Assembly (NCBI RefSeq): GCF_040938485.1
Contig: NW_027271340.1
Coordinates: 2,046,001-2,110,000, forward strand
Direction of reading: 5' to 3'
From: Diadema antillarum
Lineage: Eukaryota
DNA: 64,000 nucleotides
Part shown: in pieces, positions 1 through 10,832 of the stretch
Layout of the letters: each line of letters opens with the position of its first letter
How positions within the stretch are numbered: the first letter of the stretch is position 1
The notes under the pieces: generated by a model
What the model saw: only the letters and a program-made list of their open reading frames with translations
Database searches by the model: none
What the model was told of the DNA's origin: nothing
Position numbers and translations under genes: made by a program

Positions 1-514
1 TCGCGAAAAATTATATATGACAGGATGTTTTGTGGTACAACAGACCTACACATATATGCATTAAATGTCATATCATGTAAATTTTTTTAAATCACTGTTC
101 CCAAAGGTAAACAGGACCTTTAACATGCTTTGTTCTGCGATGGGCATATCCCTGGAGTTTTGTCTTTGACAATTGCTTCAGACGTCTGGACACTAGCTGT
201 CAATGAATAGAGATGACCTACAAAGCAATCCCCTATAATCCCTATTCTGTCACCGAGGTTTCCTTTTGGACTGAGGCACAGTGTTACACCTGTGAGGGCT
301 GGCTAACTGCCAAAATACCTGTCTACAGGTCGGTCAAGTTTGGATGCTCTAACTTAACCCACTGGAGATGGACTAATTTTCCTATACTACATTTACTAGT
401 AATTTTTTACACACTTCCAATTTACCCCAGCCACAGAATCCAAGACCAGTCTTCAATTCTGAGTTACACTACAAGGTACTGTACGATGTGGGTCAAGTTT
501 AGATATTCTGCTTA

Positions 515-721
515 CTGTAAAAGTGGATATTTTCGCGCAACTAATTTTTCGCGCTGCGGGGTAAGAAGAGTTTCGCGTGTTTTCAATTTCGCGGAATCAA
601 GACTTCAACTACTGGAACATACAGCCAGCATAAATATTTGCGTGCTTTTATTTTTGCGCTAGTTTCGGATTGCACGATATGTGCGAAAATTTCAACACCG
701 TGAAAATTTCCACTTTTACAG
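515..721. mobile_element. Tc1/mariner-type MITE (CTGTAAAAGTGGA TIRs, TA flanks)
   Basis: TA|CTGTAAAAGTGGA...TCCACTTTTACAG|TA. An inverted copy lies at 14967-15174 and a partial copy runs off the right end (~63832-64000). Confidence 0.75.
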
Positions 722-1151
722 TAAACTATGAGGTACTGAATGAGCTGAAAAATTTGCAGTGATTTTCATGTGCTAGTATGGTACTTTGAATGCAGAACAT
801 ACTACCTTTTTTATGAACAGGGAAGCACTCCATAAAAACAAATCAGTATGTGTACTAGTACTGTTATATGTTGTAACTCATTCTCATATTCTTATTTTGT
901 GAAAGGTGAAGTTATCAGACCCTCACAACTGCTATAATTAATATGCGCAAATGGCTGACAGGTAGCAATGCATGAAAATACCTGTACGTGAAAAGTTCAG
1001 AACAGAACTTATCTGCTGAGGAGGACACCCAAAAACATATCACTCTAATTACCAAGAGCGGGTCTGAAGAAAATTTTTCATGGGAGAATTTGTGAATTTT
1101 CTTATACAAACCCCACAGAGAGCTGGTCAACTTTGACAATTGTTAACTTCA

Positions 1152-1400
1152 CAGGGCTTGACATTAAAGGTGGCCTGGTGGCCCAGTGGCCACTAAAAAT
1201 TGATGTCAGGCCACCAAACTTTCAAAAAGGCTCTCCTCTAGAGGACTGGTCAGGCAACTTAGATTAAAAATACAATTGATTCTAATGTTTCCTTTTATTT
1301 TGGGCTACTTCATTTCTTCTTCGGGCCCAAATATTTCAGATGCAAAGATCTTAGTTGCCTGAATGGGCCAACAGAGAAAAAAAGTTATTAACAAGCCCTG
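1152..1400. mobile_element. hAT-like MITE remnant (CAGGGCTTG...CAAGCCCTG)
   Basis: 9-bp perfect terminal inverted repeat beginning CAGGG. No matching TSD found. Confidence 0.5.
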
Positions 1401-2444
1401 TTTATGTGTCTGATTCCCCCCCCCCAAAAAAAAAAAGAAAGAAAAAAAACGAAAAAAAAACTAAAATGAAATAAAAATAAAAAACAAAAACAAAAAATTC
1501 ACTGAACTACTTTTCTTTTTTTTCCTGTTTTCATACAAAAGCAACAGATATCTGGATGGAATTTTCTTTTGAGTCAATCCTGCAAAGCAAAATCCCACCT
1601 CGGGTGTAATAAAGTAACAGCCCTGCTCAAAGGCCATTGATACAATAGGGACTGATTGGATTACATAATCCCCACTCCTAGACAGCTTGTTTCAAACAAC
1701 CTGTTTTGATCAGTGAAGAAAATGTAACAACAGTGAGGTGTTGATTGTCCTTTGTCAAAATGTGGCAAGGGTCGGGACTTCATAAGTCACTTGATCACAT
1801 TGGTATAAATGAATGTATGTCCTGTGAAGGTGGACTATTTTGCAAAGTTTGCACTCAACGATGCTAACACAAAATCAAGAAGACTAGCAAATAGTTTTGC
1901 AGATGTTGTGATATGTGCAAAGGTAACCTCATTTATGAAATTATCAATAAGTGAAGTTTACTGAAATGGCCCATTACAAAAAGTTAAGCACATGGAAATT
2001 TCCACTTTTAGAGTACAGTATGTATGTTTGTATATAAATGAATATATGTAAATGCTCGTATGTATGTGTGTGTGTAGTGGTGTGTTTGGTAGTATGATAT
2101 AGTACATGAAAGGATAAGCAAATCTATTGGCAGCAAGGGGAGGGCAGATCGAACCTCCTTTTGCCATTAATACTGCACAGCAAAACAAAAACAAGATGAC
2201 CTTCTAGCAAATGTCTCAGCTTTGTAAACAAGTTAGCTGATGTTTGTATGGAAAGGATGGAGCCAATGGTAAGAAAATACATCGTACATAAACTGGGATT
2301 GTGGAACTTCACCTGAACAGCTGATCAGCACTCTATTATATGTGATCCTGCATCACAAAACCAACAAAAAGTCCCTAGACACCACTATGGATTTTTAGTT
2401 AAGGGCAGACTCTAAGCTTTGAAATGATGTATGATAGCTCAATA

Positions 2445-2770
2445 AGCCAGTTCGTAATTGGCTCATGTACACGTTGGTACAAATGACCTTTCTTTTTTCT
2501 CAGTTGGTTAGGCACTTCACTTGTTTTCAAAGCGACATAATGCATAAGCTTGCCCGACGTAACAATGCATGGAATTCATATTCAAACAAAGAATGAACTT
2601 GCGTTTAGACCAGGTGACCAGAATGGCCAATTGACATTTCAGGAGGCATCCATTTCATTGTTTTGTATTGAATGCATGAACAACATTTTCTTTTGATATT
2701 GCCAAATACCACGCAGGCTTGCTGTCAGGTGGATGTGCTGGCAAGCACCATCTATCAATATAAGGATATA
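2445..2770. repeat. Old interspersed repeat, left part; continues at ~11552-11655 after the nested insertions
   Basis: Aligns by eye with 44975-45210 plus 46270-46340 (e.g. TAAGCCAGTTC, GGTACAAATGACCT, CTCAGTTGGTTAGG, GCTGTCAGGTGGATGTGCTG). Confidence 0.7.
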
Positions 2771-3497
2771 TGTGACCCGCGACAACGGTTTCAGGCAAAA
2801 GTCGCAAGAGCAAATTCCCTCCTAGGCGGGGTACAAAGATTTTGACCATTATTTTTGTCGATTTAGGTTTTTTGCAGAAATCGAATCTTTGATATGTTTT
2901 CTACATCTACACTAAATTTCATAGCATAAGACTAACTTTTTCCTATCGAAAATGGAATTTTAAGCACCCTATGTTGGATCGCACTCGTCAGTTTCGAGCT
3001 TCTTTCGAACGCCGCGCCAATATCCCCAGTGTTGCTACGGCGCAGGGACTCGCATGCGATTGGCTGGTGCGTCGCATACATTTACATAATTCGGCTTTCG
3101 GAGACACCAGTTGCAGCGTTTGGGGAATGCTTTGTCCACGCGTGCACGACTCGACTACACGCTCCATTGTTCTTGCTATAGTGGTTTATATACGTTCGCT
3201 CTGTAGTGCGTGCTCTTCGTTTGGCTTTCTATCCAAACTATTCTACCGCAATGTTCGACAACGGAAGTGCAACAAAAATCATGTAGCATGACATAACCGT
3301 GTGAAAAGAAAACTAGATATTCTCAAATTTGTCTACTTGTACATGTAGTAAAAATTATGACAGCAGACTGACTCAATGGAAGGTAGATGAGAGGAAAGGA
3401 GCGGTCACATGTGACTAATTATATTCAAATACTACACATCAAGATCGCACCAAACTAACGAGTCGTGTTTGTTTGTTTGTTTGTTTCAATTTAATTA

Positions 3498-4620
3498 TGT
3501 TACGACCAAAATCACTCTGAGAATGATCGCACAAAAGAACACAATCAACTGATGTTCAGGCGGTTTATTAACAATGATATTGTGGGTACAGACTGGTAAT
3601 CGGTTTCACATCAGTACAATAATGATCACGAGAAACAAATATAAGTCAGTAATGGAATCACTTACGTACACATTACACGCAATATCCCTGGAAATGTCCA
3701 AATACGATGCTCGATGCACAAATGAATGATCCGCGATGCACCGATGAATGATTCCTCCGACGTAAATCCAAACGCGCAGGTTGTGATGATCCTCGGTATA
3801 AATCCGGGGTAAAAATCCAGGATATACGTCCACAATAGATCCACGGTAGAATGTTCACAGCGAAATGTGCAAAATCCAACGACCACATCCAGTCGATGCG
3901 TTGAATGATGATTCACTTTATATTGTCCAGCTAGGAATCCAGCCCGTCACAGCTTTGCCGTAGCAATGTCCATTGACATTAAAATATGGAGTCCAATGAA
4001 GGCACATTAATTCTCTGCAGGCAAAATGTCTCCCAGGCCTTATCTCCACAAACATAACAGGTCAGCAGGTAACACAGGACTGACTATAACAAGTCGCTTC
4101 AGAGCCAGAAGTGACGTAACTCTCAGAGCAGAGGTGTTGGGTACTCTGCCTACTGCAGAATTCCTCTGGCTTATATACTATCCATTCACCCCCTTCTAGC
4201 ACATTCTATAACTCTCTCCAACCTACTAGCCAGTCCAAGTTCCAGGAAACCTGGATGACTCACTGCCTAACTATGTACAAAACATCATTACCAAAATTAA
4301 CTACCAATCACATTGGGCTACAGGGACAGTGCCTCACTCAGCCAAATATGTTAGCACTTCCCAGAACTTTCTGGAATGGGTGAAATCATTCTAGATTGAG
4401 TGAGCTATAATGTATTTCCTGCTACATGCATGTACTGTATAGCTACATTGTATACCACCTAGAAAATTCTCCACTTATCTGGTCAGCCTGTATGTACTAT
4501 ATCTATACCACATAGAATGTTCTCCATTAATCTGGTCAACCTGTGTACATACACATTAAAACAACCATGCATACAGTACATCATACATGTACATAACTAC
4601 TAGTGTGTACATTTGTGACA
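3498..4620 (-). repeat. 3' LTR of the Gmr1-like element
   Basis: Reads TGTCACA...TCGTAACA on the minus strand. Identical to 9710-10832 except two substitutions spotted by eye (3625/9837 and 4540/10752). Minus-strand TATATAA at 4171-4177 and AATAAA at 3564-3569. Confidence 0.97.
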
Positions 4621-4630
4621 CCATCCCCCA
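4621..4630 (-). promoter_or_regulatory. Polypurine tract (TGGGGGATGG)
   Basis: G-rich tract directly abutting the 3' LTR on the minus strand. Confidence 0.8.
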
Positions 4631-4930
4631 TGGGAAAAAGAAAGCCTTGCTGTAGCAAGGGTTTCTTTTACCTTCACAATTTCTCATTGTTATTTCCAAC
4701 GAATGTGAGGTAACATCCAAATCAAGCCACAATAACCACATACTATCACATGTCTTTTGGATAGCTGTATTCATTCCACGTTCTCTTTTCATGGATACCA
4801 TTTACAATGATATTGCTTGGATTCTCGGAGCTTATACAATCATATCAAACTGTTTTGCACACATTAATGAAACACATACACTGGAAATGATATGAGGTGA
4901 AAACTTTTCACCTTTGATACTCTCTTCATG

Positions 4931-7900
4931 TTACACTCTTGACAGAGCGTCGGCAATTATATTGTTTTTGCCTGCCACATGTTTGATTTTTAGTGCATAT
5001 GGCTGCGTCATCATGCTCCATCTGAACAACCTGTTGTTCTTCATTTTGAACCGGTCTAAAAAGACCAAGGGGTTGTGGTCAGTATAGACCGTGATCTCCC
5101 CTTTGCTATTTGTCAAGTACACTTCGTATTGCTGGAGGGCAAGGATGAGACTGAGAGCCTCCTTCTCAATGGTGGAGTACTTCTTCTGGTATGTGTTCAA
5201 TTTTTTGGAGAAGTAGCTAACTGGTCGTTCAGTGCCTTCTTCATCTTCTTGGAGCAAAACCGCTCCCACTCCTACATCGCTAGCATCTATTGCCACCTTG
5301 AATGGCTTTGCGAAGTCAGGAGCTGCCAAAACAGGCTCATTAGCAAGGACTGCCTTTAGTTTCTCGAAGGCTCTTTGACACTCATCAGTCCAGGTGTACT
5401 TTGCCTTGCCCTTCAGCAGGTTTGTTAGGGGGGTGACTACTGTGCTGAAATTTGGTACAAATTTCCTGTAGAAACCAGCCATGCCCAGAAATCTGAGCAA
5501 CTCCTTCTTGGATTGGGGGATGGGAAAGCCTAGTATAGCCTCTACCTTGGCTTCTCTTGGCAATACTTGTCCCTGACCGACTACATGCCCGAGATACACC
5601 ACTTTGGCCTTTGCAAATTCACTCTTTGCCAGATTAATCACCAATCCAGCCTCCTTGAGTCGATCAAAAAGTTGCCGCAAGTGTGTAATGTGCTCCTCCC
5701 ACGTGTCACTGTACACTAGGATGTCATCAATGTATACTACACAATTGTCAAGTCCCGCAATGATTTGGTTTGTCAGCCGTTGGAAGGTGGCCGGAGCATT
5801 TTTCATGCCGAATGGCATTACTTTGCATTGGAACAAGCCATCTGGTGTAGCAAAGGCAGAAATCTCTCTGGCTTTGTCGGTCAAGGGCACTTGCCAGTAT
5901 CCCTTTAGAAGGTCTATTTTACTGACATATGCAGAATTTCCGACCCTGTCAATGCAGTCTTCTAGTCTGGGAATGGGGAAAGAGTCTGTTTTCGTCACGG
6001 CATTCACCTTTCTGTAATCTATACAGAATCTTTGAGACCCATCCGGTTTGGGCACCATGACGATTGGGGAGCTCCAACTGCTTTTACTAGGTTCTATTAT
6101 GTCATTGTCCAGCATGTATTGAACCTCTTCCCTTACTTTTTGCAGTTTGCTCGGGTTTAACCTGTAAGGGTTTTGCTTGATAGGGTCAGCATCTCCTACA
6201 TCAACATCATGTACAGCCAGAGGGGTGCAGCCTGGTTTGTCCTTACACAATTCTTCGTACTCATGTAACAGACTAGTCACATCTTTCCTCTGATTTTCAG
6301 GTAGGTAGTTCAGTGCCTCATCTACTTTCCCTAACATCTCTGAGTTAGACAACCTGGCACTAGAGGGCTCACTTCCATTCTCATCTCGAGCTTCTCCCTC
6401 TTCATCTACTTCTTCTTCTACCACCTGGGTTACACCTACTGGCTGACTAGCCTTTCTCTCATAGTACTCTTTCAGCATGTTTACATGACACACCCTCTGA
6501 TCTTTGCGTCTGTCTGGCGTACTGATCACATAGTTCACATCATTGAGTTTCTTTTTGACATAGTACGGGCCACTGAACTTGGCTTTCAGTGGTTCACCTT
6601 GTATGGGCAGCAGTACAAGAACTTTGTCACCTGGGTTGAAAGTTCGGGCTTTGGCATTTTTGTCTGCCTTTCTCTTCATAGAGTCTTGTGACACTTTCAA
6701 GTGTTCCCTAGCTACCTCACAAGCCTTTGAAAGCCTTTCACGAAACTTTGACACGTAGTCAAGTAGGTGGACCTCATCATCCTCAGTCATGAATTTCTCT
6801 TTGATGAGCTTCAGTGGGCCCCTGACTTCATGACCGTACACCAACTCAAATGGGCTGAAACCCGTCGACTCATTTGGGGAGTCCCTTGTTGCGAAGAGCA
6901 GGAAAGGGATGCCCTTATCCCAATCCTCTGGATACTCCTCACAAAATGCCCTAATCATTGTCTTTAGGGTCTGGTGGTAGCGCTCCAACGCACCTTGGGA
7001 TTGGGGATGATAAGCTGACGACTTCAGCTGCTTCACACCCAAACGATACATCACCTCTTGAAATATGCCTGACATGAAATTTGACCCTTGGTCAGACTGC
7101 ACTTCCTTGGGCAACCCATACCTAGTGAAAAACTGCACTAGAGCATCTACCACAATCTTTGCAGTGATATTTCGCAATGGGATAGCCTCTGGAAACCGTG
7201 TAGACATATCCATGATTGTCAAGAGGTACTTATGACCCGACCTAGTCCTAGGCAAAGGTCCAACACAGTCGACTAGAACCCGACTGAATGGTTCTTCAAA
7301 CGCAGGTATCGGAATCAATGGCGCCGGCTTCACTGAATGCTGTGGTTTACCAGCCACCTGACATGTGTGACAAGTCTTGCAAAACTCAGCCACATCCACA
7401 TTCAACCCCGGCCAATAGAAATGCCTCATGATCCGATCCTTTGTCTTTCTGACGCCTAAATGGCCGCCAACTGGTAACTCGTGAGCAATCCTCAAGATCT
7501 CATTGCGGTAACTAGGAGGGACAACAACTTGACGGACCACCGTCCAATCCTCATCAGCTGGCCTATGGGGAGGTCTCCACTTCCTCATCAAAATGCCATC
7601 TTTGACATAATAGCACTCAGGGACCTTTTCAGCCTCAGCCTCAGAACACGCCGTCTGAGACAAGCCTTTCAACTCAGAGTCTGCCTGCTGTGCTTCAACC
7701 AAGGAAGACTTGCTAAACAGCCCATCACTGTTAGCCTCGGAGCCTAATACAGCAACCCCATCATTCAGATCCTTGAAAAAGGTTTCTGCCAACCAAACAC
7801 CGGAATTCTCCTCCACATCAACAGAATCCGCATCATCTTGAATAGCTCTACGAGCCTGAGACCTAGTCACAACACAATCTGGGAAAATCCCAGGAAACTC

Positions 7901-9568
7901 CTCCTGCAACTGCTCAGTTTCAGCAACCACCACTGGTTTATCCGAAACAACTGGAGACGCAACCACCTTGTCTCCAGCCAAGTCATTCCCCAACAAAAAG
8001 TCAATGCCTACCATGGGCAACTCAGGAACAACTCCAACAGTGACAGGACCAGAAACTAGGTCACACTTCAAATCCACTCTATACAGTGGCACTGACATAT
8101 AACTGCCATCAAGAGTCTGAATCAAAACTTTTGCATTCACTGCACTATCTGGTGGAAAAGTCATACCACCATCCACCATCAATGACTGAGAGGCCCCCGT
8201 ATCCCTCAGGATGACCACTGGCTTACCTGCCTCACCAGAAGTACATGGGGTCACCTCACCATCAAACAAAAAGCTATGATAGCTCTCATCCACCTGCTTC
8301 ATCCTATCTTTGAATTTGGGAGATTGACTTTCAATGGCCTGTGTTTCACTGAACGGGACACTGTTTTCTGGTAGGACACTTTTTGACATGACAAATCCCA
8401 AGTCCTTCTTTGTTTTGTTTTGCAACTTCCAACACTGTGACTTTACGTGCCCTGTCTTGTTACAGTGAAAACATTTGATTACATTTGCCCTTGTACTGGA
8501 CCCTTTGTCAGATTGAGGCTTTGGTGCCGATGAAGTTTCAGAACTTGTGCCTTTTTCAGGACCAGCATTCTTTGGATTGCTCGAATGAATTTTGTCTCTC
8601 TTATTTCCAGAGAAATTCCTGAAAGGTGGTCTGTTGTCATTTCTGTGGGTCAGCTCATACTCATCAGCCATCAAGGCTGCTTTATGCAAACTTGTCACTT
8701 TGTGATCATCCAAATGTGACCTCACACTGAAAGCAACACTCTTTTTGAATTCTTCCAAAAGAACAACCTCACGTAGGTTATCAAAGTCCTGATCCACTTT
8801 CAGGGATCTGTACCACCTATCAAACATCATTTCTTTTTCACGAGCAAACTCAACATGTGTCTGGCCTGGTTTTCGGTACGAATTTCTGAACTTGTGTCTA
8901 TATGCCTCTGGCACCAACTCATAAGCATTCAATACTGCTTTCTTGACTGTAGCATAGTCACGTGATTGCTCTTCAGAGAGAGATGAGTACACATCGGCTG
9001 CTTTGCCGACAAACACACTTTGCAGGAGCAAGGGCCAAAATTCCTGTGGCCAGTTCAAACTGTTAGCCACCTTCTCAAATGACACAAAGTATGCATCAAC
9101 TCTGTTTTCTTCAAACTTTGGCACCAATCGAATGTTCTTGGCCAAATCAAATTCAGAGGGAGCCCTTTCACGATTTCCAACAGTCTGTGCATGAGTCAAT
9201 TCCATCTCACGCAATTTCAGTTGTTGCTCCATTTTCTTCTCTTCAATTTCAAGTTTCCTCATTTCAATTTCTCTTTCTCTTTCTCTTTCCTTCATTTCCA
9301 TTTCTTTCTCCTTCAGTTGCAATTTAGCAAGCTCAAGCCGTGTTTGATCTGAAATTTGAGCTCGATCTGGAGTGTCAATTTCTTCTTTGAGCTCCATGTG
9401 ACCAGCTACTAAGTCAAGAATCTCTGCCTTTCTTACACCTTGTGGAACATCAACATTTAAATGCTGTGCAACAGCGGTCAAATCACATTTGCGTAACCTT
9501 TGCAAATCTTTGAGGGACAAATCTGTCCTCTGAACAAATGCCTGAACATCCATTGTACTGATTGACAT
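4931..9568 (-). CDS. Gag-Pol polyprotein: Gag (SCAN-like capsid, CCHC knuckle), protease, integrase, reverse transcriptase, RNase H
   Basis: In order: CCHC knuckle CFHCNKTGHVKSQC (~8432-8473); protease LRDTGAS (~8195); integrase HHCC (HELPVGGH...CHTC), core DCVG / SDQG / ERYHQTLK and GPY/F module (FSGPYYV); RT YIDD (~5725); RNase H DASDVGVG; ends ...ADALSRV*. The ORF track starts at a GTG (9574); the first ATG is at 9568. Confidence 0.97.
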   Translation of the reverse strand: MSISTMDVQAFVQRTDLSLKDLQRLRKCDLTAVAQHLNVDVPQGVRKAEILDLVAGHMELKEEIDTPDRAQISDQTRLELAKLQLKEKEMEMKEREREREIEMRKLEIEEKKMEQQLKLREMELTHAQTVGNRERAPSEFDLAKNIRLVPKFEENRVDAYFVSFEKVANSLNWPQEFWPLLLQSVFVGKAADVYSSLSEEQSRDYATVKKAVLNAYELVPEAYRHKFRNSYRKPGQTHVEFAREKEMMFDRWYRSLKVDQDFDNLREVVLLEEFKKSVAFSVRSHLDDHKVTSLHKAALMADEYELTHRNDNRPPFRNFSGNKRDKIHSSNPKNAGPEKGTSSETSSAPKPQSDKGSSTRANVIKCFHCNKTGHVKSQCWKLQNKTKKDLGFVMSKSVLPENSVPFSETQAIESQSPKFKDRMKQVDESYHSFLFDGEVTPCTSGEAGKPVVILRDTGASQSLMVDGGMTFPPDSAVNAKVLIQTLDGSYMSVPLYRVDLKCDLVSGPVTVGVVPELPMVGIDFLLGNDLAGDKVVASPVVSDKPVVVAETEQLQEEFPGIFPDCVVTRSQARRAIQDDADSVDVEENSGVWLAETFFKDLNDGVAVLGSEANSDGLFSKSSLVEAQQADSELKGLSQTACSEAEAEKVPECYYVKDGILMRKWRPPHRPADEDWTVVRQVVVPPSYRNEILRIAHELPVGGHLGVRKTKDRIMRHFYWPGLNVDVAEFCKTCHTCQVAGKPQHSVKPAPLIPIPAFEEPFSRVLVDCVGPLPRTRSGHKYLLTIMDMSTRFPEAIPLRNITAKIVVDALVQFFTRYGLPKEVQSDQGSNFMSGIFQEVMYRLGVKQLKSSAYHPQSQGALERYHQTLKTMIRAFCEEYPEDWDKGIPFLLFATRDSPNESTGFSPFELVYGHEVRGPLKLIKEKFMTEDDEVHLLDYVSKFRERLSKACEVAREHLKVSQDSMKRKADKNAKARTFNPGDKVLVLLPIQGEPLKAKFSGPYYVKKKLNDVNYVISTPDRRKDQRVCHVNMLKEYYERKASQPVGVTQVVEEEVDEEGEARDENGSEPSSARLSNSEMLGKVDEALNYLPENQRKDVTSLLHEYEELCKDKPGCTPLAVHDVDVGDADPIKQNPYRLNPSKLQKVREEVQYMLDNDIIEPSKSSWSSPIVMVPKPDGSQRFCIDYRKVNAVTKTDSFPIPRLEDCIDRVGNSAYVSKIDLLKGYWQVPLTDKAREISAFATPDGLFQCKVMPFGMKNAPATFQRLTNQIIAGLDNCVVYIDDILVYSDTWEEHITHLRQLFDRLKEAGLVINLAKSEFAKAKVVYLGHVVGQGQVLPREAKVEAILGFPIPQSKKELLRFLGMAGFYRKFVPNFSTVVTPLTNLLKGKAKYTWTDECQRAFEKLKAVLANEPVLAAPDFAKPFKVAIDASDVGVGAVLLQEDEEGTERPVSYFSKKLNTYQKKYSTIEKEALSLILALQQYEVYLTNSKGEITVYTDHNPLVFLDRFKMKNNRLFRWSMMTQPYALKIKHVAGKNNIIADALSRV

Positions 9569-9688
9569 TGTCACAATGTATTACACACAATATACAATTG
9601 AACAATCAACTCAACTGGTATTTTGTCTGTACCAATATTCTGGCTTCCGGAACGTTCCAAATTCTAAGTTTTGGCTTAAATTCACTTC

Positions 9689-9705
9689 TCGGACACAAGC
9701 CCCCA
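9689..9705 (-). promoter_or_regulatory. Primer-binding site, probably tRNA-Pro
   Basis: TGGGGGCTTGTGTCC lies 4 nt inside the 5' LTR. The complement of the tRNA-Pro 3' end is TGGGGGCTCGTCC, so the first 8 nt match exactly. Confidence 0.7.
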
Positions 9706-9709
9706 ATTT

Positions 9710-10832
9710 TGTTACGACCAAAATCACTCTGAGAATGATCGCACAAAAGAACACAATCAACTGATGTTCAGGCGGTTTATTAACAATGATATTGTGGGTA
9801 CAGACTGGTAATCGGTTTCACATCAGTACAATAATGGTCACGAGAAACAAATATAAGTCAGTAATGGAATCACTTACGTACACATTACACGCAATATCCC
9901 TGGAAATGTCCAAATACGATGCTCGATGCACAAATGAATGATCCGCGATGCACCGATGAATGATTCCTCCGACGTAAATCCAAACGCGCAGGTTGTGATG
10001 ATCCTCGGTATAAATCCGGGGTAAAAATCCAGGATATACGTCCACAATAGATCCACGGTAGAATGTTCACAGCGAAATGTGCAAAATCCAACGACCACAT
10101 CCAGTCGATGCGTTGAATGATGATTCACTTTATATTGTCCAGCTAGGAATCCAGCCCGTCACAGCTTTGCCGTAGCAATGTCCATTGACATTAAAATATG
10201 GAGTCCAATGAAGGCACATTAATTCTCTGCAGGCAAAATGTCTCCCAGGCCTTATCTCCACAAACATAACAGGTCAGCAGGTAACACAGGACTGACTATA
10301 ACAAGTCGCTTCAGAGCCAGAAGTGACGTAACTCTCAGAGCAGAGGTGTTGGGTACTCTGCCTACTGCAGAATTCCTCTGGCTTATATACTATCCATTCA
10401 CCCCCTTCTAGCACATTCTATAACTCTCTCCAACCTACTAGCCAGTCCAAGTTCCAGGAAACCTGGATGACTCACTGCCTAACTATGTACAAAACATCAT
10501 TACCAAAATTAACTACCAATCACATTGGGCTACAGGGACAGTGCCTCACTCAGCCAAATATGTTAGCACTTCCCAGAACTTTCTGGAATGGGTGAAATCA
10601 TTCTAGATTGAGTGAGCTATAATGTATTTCCTGCTACATGCATGTACTGTATAGCTACATTGTATACCACCTAGAAAATTCTCCACTTATCTGGTCAGCC
10701 TGTATGTACTATATCTATACCACATAGAATGTTCTCCATTAATCTGGTCAAACTGTGTACATACACATTAAAACAACCATGCATACAGTACATCATACAT
10801 GTACATAACTACTAGTGTGTACATTTGTGACA
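9710..10832 (-). repeat. 5' LTR of the Gmr1-like element
   Basis: Direct repeat of 3498-4620, lying upstream of the PBS and gag on the minus strand. Confidence 0.97.

Larger units (their letters stand above)
3498..10832 (-). mobile_element. Intact Gmr1-like Ty3/Gypsy LTR retrotransposon
   Basis: Two 1123-bp direct repeats with TG...CA ends, 4-bp TSD ATTA (3494-3497 and 10833-10836), PBS, PPT and one uninterrupted gag-pol ORF. Confidence 0.97.

Noticed and set aside
213-662. 149-aa ORF
   Set aside because: Runs into a MITE and has no recognisable homology.
3606-3916. Three overlapping short ORFs, repeated at 9818-10128
   Set aside because: They lie inside the LTRs, so the duplication simply reflects the LTR. 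No recognisable domain, and some start at non-ATG codons.
5075-9327. Many + strand ORFs antisense to gag-pol
   Set aside because: Expected shadow frames of a long coding sequence, with no motifs.
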